Part shown: positions 10,156-19,558 of the stretch, one piece after another
How positions within the stretch are numbered: the stretch's first letter is position 1
Layout of the letters: each line of letters starts with the position of its first letter
Source: Desulfatiglandales bacterium
Lineage (GTDB): Bacteria > Desulfobacterota > DSM-4660 > Desulfatiglandales > Desulfatiglandaceae
Assembly: GCA_963666345.1 (NCBI GenBank)
Contig: OY762721.1
Coordinates: 3,744,001 to 3,808,000, forward strand
Length of the DNA: 64,000 bases
Direction of reading: 5' to 3'
Program-made: the position numbers and the translations under genes
The notes under the pieces: generated by a model
The model's input: the letters and a program-made list of their open reading frames with translations, nothing else
Told to the model about the DNA's origin: nothing
Databases searched by the model: none

Positions 10156-10770
10156 TCAGGACAGCGGGAATTTTTCAAGGGCACCAGATGTGAGCAGCGC
10201 CTTGATAAGCGCGCAGAGCGGCAGGCCCACCACGTTCGTGTACGATCCTGAGATCCCCTCTACCATAAATGAGCCGAGTCCCTGTATGGCGTAGCTGCCC
10301 GCCTTGCCGAAAGGCTCGCCCGATCTTATATACAGGTCTATCTCATCTGTTTCAAGCTCCTTTAGGCGTACCATTGTCGTGACGGTTTCTGAGTGACAAA
10401 CAGCTCCTTCGGGGTCAAGAAGACAGAAACCGGTTATCACCCTGTGCTCCCTGCCGCTCAGCGATTCGAGCATCAGGCGGGCATCCCGACTGCCGGCAGG
10501 CTTTCCCAGGATTTGGCCGTCGATGACAACGACCGTATCAGCCCCAAGTGTCCAGGCTCCCGAGGTTCGGGCAAATACGTCCGATGCCTTGCCGCGGGCC
10601 AGGATGAGGCTCAGATCCTCCGGAGTGCCGCAACCGTTTTCTTTCTCATCTATGCTGCTGACTACCGTCTTGAAAGGTATGTGCACCTGCGAAAGCAGGC
10701 TCTTGCGCCTGTCCGACGCAGAGGCCAGAATCAGCGGGGTGTTTTTTGTTATTGTCTTTGAACTCTTAAT
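10156..10770 (-). CDS. maf: Maf/YhdE nucleotide pyrophosphatase; probable ATT start
   Basis: LILASASDRR lies upstream of the ORF-track start; GADTVV, GKP, GKAGSYAIQG, SYTNVVGLP. Confidence 0.9.
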   Translation of the reverse strand: MKSSKTITKNTPLILASASDRRKSLLSQVHIPFKTVVSSIDEKENGCGTPEDLSLILARGKASDVFARTSGAWTLGADTVVVIDGQILGKPAGSRDARLMLESLSGREHRVITGFCLLDPEGAVCHSETVTTMVRLKELETDEIDLYIRSGEPFGKAGSYAIQGLGSFMVEGISGSYTNVVGLPLCALIKALLTSGALEKFPLS

Positions 10771-10782
10771 ATGCGGACCTCC

Positions 10783-11559
10783 CTAAAGGACTTGATCAAG
10801 CCTGAAAAGCCTCCTGGTATTCTCCGAGGTCTCGGCGCAGAGCAGCTCGTAGTCAATCCCCCTGAGCCTGGCGATTTCCCCGGCAGTATGAGTTACATAC
10901 AACGGTTCGTTCCTTTTGCCCCTTTTGGGCACGGGCGCCAGAAACGGGGCATCGGTTTCCACAAGCATATGCTCCAGCGGGATCCCTGACGCGACCTCCT
11001 TGATGGTGGCGGCATTCTTGAATGTCACGGTGCCGGGTATGGAGATAAGATAGCCCAGATCCATAAATATGCGGGCCAGCTCAGGATCGCCTGAGAAACA
11101 GTGTATGACCCCGAGATTTTCACCCTTTCCATATCTTTTCAGCATGGACAGTGTATCATCATGGGCATCCCTGTTGTGAATTATAACCGGTAAGCCCACA
11201 TCCCTTGCCCTTGCCAGCTGCCGGTCGAATGCCCTTATCTGGTCCTGCCTGGGTGAGCGGTTTCTGAAATAGTCGAGGCCTATTTCACCCCATGCGACTA
11301 CCTTGCGCCTTGACGCCAGCTCCGCCAGTTTATCCAGGACCTCTTTGCCGCATGATTTGCTCTCGTGCGGGTGAACCCCGACCGTTGCGAAGACGGATCG
11401 GTTTTCCTCGGCAAGTTCAATCGCCTTTACAGAGCTTTCAAGATCGGTCCCCACTGTTACGATGTGCGTAAGACCGCCCTCAAGAGCCCTTTCGATTACC
11501 TCTGAACGGTCTTCGTCAAAATCTTCCATGTCAAGATGTGCGTGACTGTCTATGATCAT
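10783..11559 (-). CDS. tatD: TatD family hydrolase/DNase
   Basis: IDSHAHL, GVHPH, GEIGLDY, IHCFSG, ETDAPFLAP. Confidence 0.95.
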   Translation of the reverse strand: MIIDSHAHLDMEDFDEDRSEVIERALEGGLTHIVTVGTDLESSVKAIELAEENRSVFATVGVHPHESKSCGKEVLDKLAELASRRKVVAWGEIGLDYFRNRSPRQDQIRAFDRQLARARDVGLPVIIHNRDAHDDTLSMLKRYGKGENLGVIHCFSGDPELARIFMDLGYLISIPGTVTFKNAATIKEVASGIPLEHMLVETDAPFLAPVPKRGKRNEPLYVTHTAGEIARLRGIDYELLCAETSENTRRLFRLDQVL

Positions 11560-11640
11560 TATTATATTACCTCTGTTTCATTATAAGACCCGGTTTTTTT
11601 GGCCGGGCTCGATAAAACAGCTCTTTCCTGATGGACCGGG

Positions 11641-11721
11641 AAAGTTACTAGAGTTACTAGAGTTACTAGAGTGACTAAAGTGACTAAAGTGACTAAAGTG
11701 ACTAGAGTGACTAAAGTTAAG
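11641..11721. repeat. 9-bp tandem repeat A(A/G)AGT(G/T)ACT, 8 units plus a partial
   Basis: aaagttact agagttact agagttact agagtgact aaagtgact x3 agagtgact aaagttaag. Confidence 0.95.
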
Positions 11722-11989
11722 AGTGCCGTAAAATTACGGAACCGCTGCTCCTTTTTTAAAGGTGGCACAGGAGCCCTTTGGTCCAGGCATCCTGGCTCCC
11801 TGCATAGCGCCCCGTCCTCTTTCAGGGGGGAGCCAATGGCCGGGATTTGATCTTTCAGGCTACGGTGAAGATCCGAGATATAGTGTAAGTATAATGGTTT
11901 GGCAAATAAATATGTTGCATATTCTGTATTTTTTTTTACAATTGGATGCGATATCATACTTTATCGGCCTCTATTAAAAGGTAATTATT

Positions 11990-14308
11990 ATGGCTGTATC
12001 TCTCAAAAAAACAGATGATTTAGATTCAAACGACAAGCCTATCGAGCAGCAACTCGAGTATCAGAAGAGGCTTAACAATATCACTCATCGAATCCATGCT
12101 GCCACTGATACGAATGATATCCTCCTTAACCTGCAGGAAGAGATCCTGAGCTTCTTTGATGCCGACAGGATAACCGTTTATGTAGTGGACGGCATAAGAA
12201 GGCAGATCGTTTCAAAGTTCAAGACTGGTAACGAGGTGAGCGAGATCCGCGTGAATATCTCAAACGATAGCATCGCCGGTTTTTGCGCATCAACCGGAAA
12301 GGTAATAAACATAGGTGATGTAAACGATGTCGAAGAACTTCGGAACATAAGCATCCCCATGAAGTTTGACCGCAGCTGGGATGAAAAGACCGGGTACAAG
12401 ACCCGGCAGATGCTTGCGGCCCCAATTATGTACGACAGGTACCTCCTGGGTGTTATCCAGCTGATAAACAAGAGGAGCGGGGAGCGGTTCACGGGCGATG
12501 ATGAAAATGCCGTCCAGGATATCGGTAAGGTCCTGGGGATCGCCTTTTTCAAAAACCAGAAGGCGACCAAGAAAAGCAAGCCCACCAAGTTCGACTTCCT
12601 TATTTCGAACAATATCGTAAGCGGCAAGGACCTGTCCGAGGCCATGATCCGGGCCAGGAAGGGGAAAAGGACGGTGGAGTCCGTCCTGATAAGTGATTTC
12701 AAGGTATCCAAGCAGGACATAGGCAAATCGGTTTCCACTTTTTACAACACCAGGTTCATCCCGTATGACGACAAGATGGTAATACCCGGCGAACTCCTTA
12801 AAGGCCTCAGGGTAAGCTATCTGAAAAGCAATGTCTTTGTTCCTGTCTCCGAGTCGGACAACAGGGTTACTGTTGTACTTGAAAATCCCAATTACCTGCC
12901 GGCCCGTGATGCGGTAAAAAGGATGATGCCCGACAAGAAATTTGAGTATTGTGTCTCTCTCAAAGAGGATATCTTCAAGATTATCGATCTCTTTTTCGAC
13001 GTCAAGAGAACGGATCTGCTGAAGGATTCGGGCAGTATCGAGGACATACTGGGGCAGCTGGAAACCGGGGAAGACGAGTACGACGAAGAAATCGAAGGCA
13101 TGAATGAAGAGGACAGCGCCATTGTCCAGCTGGTCAACAAGATGATCGTGGATGCGGCCAACCGGGGGGCATCGGACATTCATATAGAACCGAGGCAGGG
13201 AAAGGCAAATGCGGTAATAAGGATAAGGATCGACGGGGCCTGTCAGGTGTATCAGACCCTGCCCTATACGTTCAAGCGGGCGATCGTTTCAAGGATCAAG
13301 ATCATGTCGGATCTGGATATCGCGGAAAGAAGGATACCGCAGGATGGGAAGATAAAATTCAGGAGGTTCGCTCCCCTTGATATTGAGCTGCGTGTGGCCA
13401 CCATCCCCACCGCCGGCCAGAACGAGGATATAGTCATGCGGCTGCTGGCTGCAGGCGATCCCATCCCGCTTGACAGGATGGGTATGAGCAGCAAGACCTA
13501 TGATTCCCTTGTGGAAATGATTACAAAACCCTACGGTATCGTGCTTGTGGTCGGCCCTACAGGCAGCGGTAAAACCACCACCCTGCATGCGGCACTGGCC
13601 CACATAAACAAGCCTGAAACAAAGATCTGGACGGCCGAGGACCCTGTAGAGATAACCCAGGAAGGCTTGCGCCAGGTCCAGGTCGTACCCAAGATAGGGT
13701 TTGATTTTGCCACCGCCATGAGGGCCTTTTTGAGGGCTGACCCGGATGTGATAATGGTCGGAGAGATGAGGGATCAGGAGACCGTTTCAACCGGTATCGA
13801 GGCCTCTCTCACCGGCCACATGGTTTTCAGCACCCTGCACACGAACAGCGCGCCTGAGACGATCACCAGGCTCCTGGACATGGGTATGGACCCTTTTAAT
13901 TTCGCCGACGCCCTTCTGGGGGTCCTGGCTCAGAGGCTGGTAAGGACCCTTTGTAAAGACTGCAGGGAAAAATATCACCCGGACAGGGGGGAGTACGACA
14001 ATCTTGTCAGGGCCTATGCAGGTGATTTCGAGGCCCTCGGATTTGAATATAACGATGATTTCGTCCTCTACCGGCCCAAGGGATGCGACAAATGCGGAAA
14101 TACCGGTTACCGGGGCAGAACCGGACTGCATGAACTGCTTGTGGGCACCGACGAGATGAAGGCGGCCATCCAGAACAGGGCCAAGATGGAGGACCTGAGG
14201 GCGCAGGCCATTAAGGATGGAATGGCCACGCTCCTGCAGGACGGTGTAAGAAAGGTCTGTCTCGGCATAACCGATCTGATTCAGGTAAGAAAGGTCTGCA
14301 TCAAGTAG
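11990..14308 (+). CDS. GspE/PilB-family secretion ATPase with N-terminal GAF domain
   Basis: GAF region (FDRSWDEKTGYKTRQMLAAPI, GVIQLINK); ASDIHIEP, GPTGSGKTTT, LRADPDVIMVGEMRD, two CxxC. Confidence 0.9.
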   Translation: MAVSLKKTDDLDSNDKPIEQQLEYQKRLNNITHRIHAATDTNDILLNLQEEILSFFDADRITVYVVDGIRRQIVSKFKTGNEVSEIRVNISNDSIAGFCASTGKVINIGDVNDVEELRNISIPMKFDRSWDEKTGYKTRQMLAAPIMYDRYLLGVIQLINKRSGERFTGDDENAVQDIGKVLGIAFFKNQKATKKSKPTKFDFLISNNIVSGKDLSEAMIRARKGKRTVESVLISDFKVSKQDIGKSVSTFYNTRFIPYDDKMVIPGELLKGLRVSYLKSNVFVPVSESDNRVTVVLENPNYLPARDAVKRMMPDKKFEYCVSLKEDIFKIIDLFFDVKRTDLLKDSGSIEDILGQLETGEDEYDEEIEGMNEEDSAIVQLVNKMIVDAANRGASDIHIEPRQGKANAVIRIRIDGACQVYQTLPYTFKRAIVSRIKIMSDLDIAERRIPQDGKIKFRRFAPLDIELRVATIPTAGQNEDIVMRLLAAGDPIPLDRMGMSSKTYDSLVEMITKPYGIVLVVGPTGSGKTTTLHAALAHINKPETKIWTAEDPVEITQEGLRQVQVVPKIGFDFATAMRAFLRADPDVIMVGEMRDQETVSTGIEASLTGHMVFSTLHTNSAPETITRLLDMGMDPFNFADALLGVLAQRLVRTLCKDCREKYHPDRGEYDNLVRAYAGDFEALGFEYNDDFVLYRPKGCDKCGNTGYRGRTGLHELLVGTDEMKAAIQNRAKMEDLRAQAIKDGMATLLQDGVRKVCLGITDLIQVRKVCIK

Positions 14309-14327
14309 CAAGACCGTCCCCCCGGCA

Positions 14328-15389
14328 TCAGGGGTAGATCCCGGGATGAAGCAGCCCCGCGGTCTCATCCAGGCCGAAGAGGAGGTTCATGTTCTGAACC
14401 GCGCTTCCAGCCTGCCCCTTTACGAGATTGTCTATCAGACTTACCACGACGAGAGTTCCGGTCCTTTCATCAATATTGAGCGAAAGATTGCAGAAATTGC
14501 TGCCTCTGACGTTTACGCTCGCCTGGGGCTTGTCAGGGCCGTATACCCTTATGAACCTGTCTTTTTCGTAAAAGGAGTCGTAGGCCTCTATTACGCCGTT
14601 TATATCAATCCCCTGATCCAGCCTGGCGTAAATGGTGGTAAGAATTCCGCGGCAGAGCGGTACTACATGGGGCGTGAAGGTTATGGTTATATCCTCGTCC
14701 GCCAGTAGTCCGAGTTCTCTTTCCACTTCATATACATGCTGGTGACCCGAGATCTTATAGGCGTTCATGGTGTCATATCTGGCCGGGTAGTGAAATGTCG
14801 GGCTCGGCTTCTTCCCCGCCCCCGATACCCCCGTCTTTGCGTCGCATATTATGCTTTTCCTGTCTATCAACCGGTCCCTGACGGCGGGCGCGATTCCCAG
14901 GATACAGCTGACCGCGAAGCATCCGGGGTTCCCGATAAGATCCGATCCTTCGATATCCTTTCTGTGAAGCTCCGCAAGTCCGTAAACCGAACGGGGCAGA
15001 AGCGAGGGGGCCGAGTGTTCACCGGAACGCCCGATCCTTTCCGCATAGCCTCTGTATGTATCGGGATCATTGAATCTGAAGTCCCCGCTGTAATCAATGA
15101 CCCTGGCGCCCTTTTCAAGCCATGCGGACGCCTCTTTCTGCCCGACACCGTCAGGGGTGGCAAAAAATACGACATCAAAATCATCCGGTCTGTTTTTATC
15201 TTCAGGGGCCGTGATCGGAAGGTCGCAGAAACCTGTCAGGTGAGGATACAATTCACTTATTGGCCTGCCCACATCCTGCATGTCGATCAAGGCCGCTATC
15301 TCCGCATGAGGATGGGCCTGAAGCAGTTCAACGGCCCCGCAGCCTCCGTATCCTCCCGCACCTATTATTCCAACCCTTATCTTTTTCAT
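14328..15389 (-). CDS. argC: N-acetyl-gamma-glutamyl-phosphate reductase
   Basis: GNPGCF, GVSGAG, HQH, IDNLVKGQAGSAVQNMN. Confidence 0.95.
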   Translation of the reverse strand: MKKIRVGIIGAGGYGGCGAVELLQAHPHAEIAALIDMQDVGRPISELYPHLTGFCDLPITAPEDKNRPDDFDVVFFATPDGVGQKEASAWLEKGARVIDYSGDFRFNDPDTYRGYAERIGRSGEHSAPSLLPRSVYGLAELHRKDIEGSDLIGNPGCFAVSCILGIAPAVRDRLIDRKSIICDAKTGVSGAGKKPSPTFHYPARYDTMNAYKISGHQHVYEVERELGLLADEDITITFTPHVVPLCRGILTTIYARLDQGIDINGVIEAYDSFYEKDRFIRVYGPDKPQASVNVRGSNFCNLSLNIDERTGTLVVVSLIDNLVKGQAGSAVQNMNLLFGLDETAGLLHPGIYP

Positions 15390-15473
15390 GCCTGCTTTAC
15401 CTCTCTTGATCTATTTGAAAAAAGTCAAATTCAGACGATATCGGAGAAAGTTTCTCCCGCCTGTGCGGGACCG

Positions 15474-16517
15474 TCATACGTTGAATCTGAAATTAATTAT
15501 ATCGCCGTCTTTTACGATGTATTCCTTCCCCTCCAGACGGGCCAGCCCCGCCTTTTTTGCCTCCTGCATGCCGCCGCATTGCCTGAGGTCATCAAATGAG
15601 ACTACCTCGGCCCTTATAAACCCCTTTTTTATGTCGGAGTGGATTTCTCCGGCCGCATCAAGGGCCGCTGTGCCCTCTGCTATAGGCCATGCCTTTACTT
15701 CGTCACTGCCTACGGTAAAAAATGATATCCGGTTAAGCAGCCTGAAAGAACTGCTTATCACCCTGTCCAGGACGGTTTCCCGGATATTATACGCCTCCTT
15801 GAATTCTTCCGCCTCCTCCTGCTCCATGGAAGAGATATCCATCTCAAGACGCCCCCGCACTACAAGCATTTCAACCCCTTCAGGCATCTTTTTCCATTCC
15901 GGAGGGGCCTCGTCTTCATCGTCATTATTACAGATTATGAGCAGGGGTTTTGCCGAAAGAAAAGTGAATCCCCTGAGCAGCGGGGCCTTGGCCAGTTCCG
16001 GCCGGAGGCGAAGAGGGCGCCCTTTTTCAAGGACCTCAATACATCTTTTCAGGAGGTCTTCTTCATCGCCCTCCGGCGTTCTGCCCCTCTTGCGGTCGGC
16101 GTCGAGCCTTTCGATGCGTTTTTCAGCAACAAGCAGATCGCTGACTATCATTTCATCCTCTACACGCCGGAAATCATCTTCCGAGGCAGGCATTTCACCA
16201 CCCATGTTCACGAAATTGCGTACCACATGAAATAACGCATCAGCAGTCCTGAGCTGATTCCATACGCCGCTTTCAGACTTGGACGCAGAAGCGCCTGAAA
16301 TCTCGGAGGGCAGGAAATATTCTATCTTGGCACGGGTCGTCTTTTTCGGTTTGAACATCCGGCTCAGAAAATCCACCCTCTCATCCATAACCGTAACCGT
16401 GGCAACACGGGTGTCGGATCGTCCCGCGGCAGAGTCCAGCTCTCCCCTTGCGCCTGTCAGGGCGGTAAATATAGTCGATTTTCCGGTCTGCAGAAGCCCT
16501 GCAATTCCGAGTTTCAT
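15474..16517 (-). CDS. YchF-like (DUF933) OBG-family NTPase, divergent
   Basis: GLLQTGKST P-loop; LSAKP; FFTVGSDEVKAW, IHSDIKKGFIRAEV, EGKEYIVKDGD TGS-like C-terminus. Confidence 0.85.
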   Translation of the reverse strand: MKLGIAGLLQTGKSTIFTALTGARGELDSAAGRSDTRVATVTVMDERVDFLSRMFKPKKTTRAKIEYFLPSEISGASASKSESGVWNQLRTADALFHVVRNFVNMGGEMPASEDDFRRVEDEMIVSDLLVAEKRIERLDADRKRGRTPEGDEEDLLKRCIEVLEKGRPLRLRPELAKAPLLRGFTFLSAKPLLIICNNDDEDEAPPEWKKMPEGVEMLVVRGRLEMDISSMEQEEAEEFKEAYNIRETVLDRVISSSFRLLNRISFFTVGSDEVKAWPIAEGTAALDAAGEIHSDIKKGFIRAEVVSFDDLRQCGGMQEAKKAGLARLEGKEYIVKDGDIINFRFNV

Positions 16518-16569
16518 GTCACTTATGACCTCTCTTTCATCTAAAAATAACCTGTATGATCAGACAACT

Positions 16570-17286
16570 CTAAAACTTGATGCCTTTCCTTCGCCTCAGC
16601 AGTATATAGATCGCGCCTGTGCCTCCATCATAGGGTCTGGCAGTTGAAAAGGCCAGTACGATTTTTTTCGCGGGACCTTTTCTCAACCAGCCGGGGAGCC
16701 TCTCTTTTAAGACAGGGATGTTGTTCTCCGAATTGAGCCCCCTTCCATGAACAACAAGGACGCATCTCAGGCCCCTTCTATGGCTGTTTACCAGAAAATC
16801 CCTTATCTTGACTTCAGCCTCCCGCTTATTAAGACCGTGCAGATCCGTATGGTCCTGAATCGGAAAGCGGCCCCTCTTGAGCCTCTGCATAAGTTTTAGG
16901 CTGAAACCCTGCACGGATCCCTCTATATATTCATCACTGAATGTGATATCCAGCTCAGCGCTTCCTGTGACAAGGTCGGATAGATGGGCCATGACCTCCA
17001 TGTCTTCGTCCTTCAGGCCGTGAGAGGGCCTCAGGTTGGGATCAGGTTCCCTGGTCACCAGCTTTTTCCCGCCCGAGATCGGCTTGACACCGCTCATGGC
17101 CTCGACAAAAAAGCGGGAATCCTCTTCTTCCGCATCTATGTCCTTTTGGGCCTTTTTCCGAGGCCTCTCAGGGGCGGTCCGCCTTTCAGGTCTGAGACCG
17201 TCGGATCGGCTCAGCGCTGGATTAAAGATTCCAGGTGACTTTTTTTTCGCCTTTTTGAGGCCTTTTTTCTTTTTTCCGCGGGCCAT
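16570..17286 (-). CDS. Smr/MutS2-domain protein
   Basis: DLHGL, VVHGRGLNS, DGGTGAIYILL. Confidence 0.9.
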   Translation of the reverse strand: MARGKKKKGLKKAKKKSPGIFNPALSRSDGLRPERRTAPERPRKKAQKDIDAEEEDSRFFVEAMSGVKPISGGKKLVTREPDPNLRPSHGLKDEDMEVMAHLSDLVTGSAELDITFSDEYIEGSVQGFSLKLMQRLKRGRFPIQDHTDLHGLNKREAEVKIRDFLVNSHRRGLRCVLVVHGRGLNSENNIPVLKERLPGWLRKGPAKKIVLAFSTARPYDGGTGAIYILLRRRKGIKF

Positions 17287-17409
17287 TAAACAATTCTTTG
17301 TTCTAATGAAATTAATAAGTTATAGAATGAACTTGAAATATATAACAGATAAAATATTATGTGTCATCTCCAAAAAAGCACTCGCCGGGATCTTGCGGCC
17401 TGTTTGAAG

Positions 17410-17563
17410 GGATATGGAATATCCTGTCCATACTGAAAGGCGGGACAAAATCCGCCCTGCCTGAAAAAGCGGGGTAAATGCCGTAATGAGAGAAACTCAA
17501 AGGATACCTGAAACTGTGGAGTCAACCGGCTTCACGCCCGGTCATACATGGCCGGGATTCTTT
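17410..17563 (+). promoter_or_regulatory. Possible structured 5' leader ending in a terminator-like hairpin
   Basis: Several potential stems, then CCCGGTCA-taca-TGGCCGGG followed by ATTCTTT just upstream of the DUF3786-purE-tsaC genes. Confidence 0.3.
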
Positions 17564-17579
17564 ACAAAAGGGATAAAAC

Positions 17580-18212
17580 ATGGCAAGAATAGATGATTAT
17601 AAAAACGCGTTAAAACTGGGGAAGATGGAACTGAAGGGACTTGATCCGGCTCAAATTGCCGAGTTCAGCGGTTCTGACTTCAAGGCGAATCCGGAAGGAA
17701 ACGGTGTCCTGGGTCTTGATTTTCTGAACAGGCGGGTTGACCTCTCTTTTCCTGAAATGAACTTTTCCCATGCCGATTCAGGTGAGGAGGTACCGCTCCA
17801 GGAACAGGTGCTGATACTTCACTATCTGAAAGGGGCGAAAGGGTCACAGCCGTCAGGGAAATGGGTCTCCTATCAGGATATCCCTGACGGAAGGTTTTAT
17901 CTCGACGCCTTTCTGAGAAGGGCGAAGATCCCTCTGGTGCAGGTTTTCGGACGGAATCCCGATCTGCTTGAAAGGCTTGCCGCCGAGCGATACGGCGCAA
18001 GGCCTTTTGAACATGGGGATGTCTCATCGTGCCTTGATGCATTTGCAAAGGTCCCTGTAGCCCTTATCATATGGAGAGGGGATGACGAATTTCCGCCCGA
18101 AGGAAATATCCTTTTTGACAGCAGTATCTCCGGTATCCTCTCTGCCGAGGATATCGCGTGGCTGGCCGGGATGATCGTTTATCCCCTTATAGGAATGTCA
18201 AAGAATATGTAA
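17580..18212 (+). CDS. DUF3786 domain protein
   Basis: LILHYL, WVSYQDIPDGRFY, WRGDDEFPPEGNILFD, LSAEDI. Confidence 0.85.
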   Translation: MARIDDYKNALKLGKMELKGLDPAQIAEFSGSDFKANPEGNGVLGLDFLNRRVDLSFPEMNFSHADSGEEVPLQEQVLILHYLKGAKGSQPSGKWVSYQDIPDGRFYLDAFLRRAKIPLVQVFGRNPDLLERLAAERYGARPFEHGDVSSCLDAFAKVPVALIIWRGDDEFPPEGNILFDSSISGILSAEDIAWLAGMIVYPLIGMSKNM

Positions 18213-18279
18213 TGATTGCTGCTTAGCTATGTGTTTGCTCCTTATTCAGGCGCAAAGATCATGAACAGGAGAAGGATTT

Positions 18280-18780
18280 ATGAATGACGGTAATGTACTG
18301 GTAGGGGTCATTATGGGGAGCACCTCGGATTCTGAAATGATGAAGGGGTGCATGGATGTACTCAATGAACTTCAGGTGGCACACGAGGTCAAGGTGCTTT
18401 CGGCACATCGTACGCCTGATCTTACAAGAGAGTACGCCTCAACTGCGGCAAAAAGAGGTGTAGAGGTAATCATAGCCGGTGCCGGGTGGGCCGCGCATCT
18501 GGCAGGGGCCATAGCGTCCAATACACTGCTCCCGGTCATAGGGGTTCCTATCGATTCCTCTCCCTTAAAGGGTTTTGATGCCCTGCTTTCAACGGTGCAG
18601 ATGCCTCCCGGAATACCGGTCGCTACCGTATCGGTTGGAAGCGGGGGAGCCGGAAATGCGGCCGTGCTTGCCGCGCAGATCCTCGCGCTCAAGCATCCTT
18701 CCATCTCCGAAAGGCTCAAGGCATACCGGCAGGGTATAACCGATAAGGCGGCCCAAAAAGTGAACTCTCTTGACGGGTAA
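18280..18780 (+). CDS. purE: N5-CAIR mutase PurE
   Basis: [38 protein letters not shown]. Confidence 0.96.
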   Translation: MNDGNVLVGVIMGSTSDSEMMKGCMDVLNELQVAHEVKVLSAHRTPDLTREYASTAAKRGVEVIIAGAGWAAHLAGAIASNTLLPVIGVPIDSSPLKGFDALLSTVQMPPGIPVATVSVGSGGAGNAAVLAAQILALKHPSISERLKAYRQGITDKAAQKVNSLDG

Positions 18781-18785
18781 AAAAG

Positions 18786-19415
18786 ATGGGCCGAGTGATT
18801 AATATCGGCTCCTCAGCCGATTTCACAGGGGCGATCGAACGTGCCGGGGATGTACTTCGTAAAGGCGGGCTTGTGGCATACCCTACTGAGTCGTTTTACG
18901 GGCTGGCAGCCGATGCAACAAATTCAGAGGCAGTAGAAAGGCTCTTCGCAGTCAAAAAAAGGGGAACCGACCGGCCTGTCCTGATCCTTATACCTTCCGC
19001 TGATCTGCTTGAAAGATACGTAACCGATATCCCCGACGTGGCGGCCGGATTGATCGAGAGATTCTGGCCCGGAGGTCTGACCCTGGTCTTTTCGGCCGGA
19101 AGAGAAGTCCTGCAGGTTCTTACGGCAGGGACCGGCAGGATAGGGATAAGGCTTTCAAGCCATCCTGTGGCAACGGCCCTTGCCGGCAGCCTGGGGGCGC
19201 CTATCACGGGCACCAGTGCCAATATATCCGGTTCACCTTCATGCAGCAGCGCGGAGGAGGTTGCCCTGTGTCTTGAGGATAAGGTGGATCTGATCCTGGA
19301 CGGAGGAAAGACCGAAGGAAAGACGGGATCGACCGTCCTTGATGTGACCGTGAGTCCTCCCCTGATACTTCGAGAGGGAATGGTGATGCGTGAACATCTG
19401 GAGGATTTTTTGTAA
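18786..19415 (+). CDS. tsaC: L-threonylcarbamoyladenylate synthase (YrdC/Sua5)
   Basis: PTESFYGL, KKR, FWPGGLT, TSANISG, STVLD, LREG. Confidence 0.92.
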   Translation: MGRVINIGSSADFTGAIERAGDVLRKGGLVAYPTESFYGLAADATNSEAVERLFAVKKRGTDRPVLILIPSADLLERYVTDIPDVAAGLIERFWPGGLTLVFSAGREVLQVLTAGTGRIGIRLSSHPVATALAGSLGAPITGTSANISGSPSCSSAEEVALCLEDKVDLILDGGKTEGKTGSTVLDVTVSPPLILREGMVMREHLEDFL

Positions 19416-19558
19416 TCGGATTTCCCCTGCCGCTGAGATCCTGGTTTCAGAGATGCCTCGGCTCATCCTCAGCGGCACCTGTATCCCCTGATCTCCTGTC
19501 GGGGCAGGTCCGGGGTTCCGATGTTTAGATTTTTCAAGTTGAATTCAAAGAGGTAGCG

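Noticed and set aside
11641..11721. CRISPR array
   Set aside because: Units are contiguous 9-mers with no spacers; no cas genes in the window.
11562..11957. 131-aa ORF with (LVT)n repeat
   Set aside because: It is just the translation of the 9-bp tandem repeat in an intergenic region; no other coding signal.
14736..16230. Long + strand ORFs (287 and 280 aa) over argC and ychF-like genes
   Set aside because: Antisense shadows of well-supported genes; same for 12290-13183 and similar ORFs.
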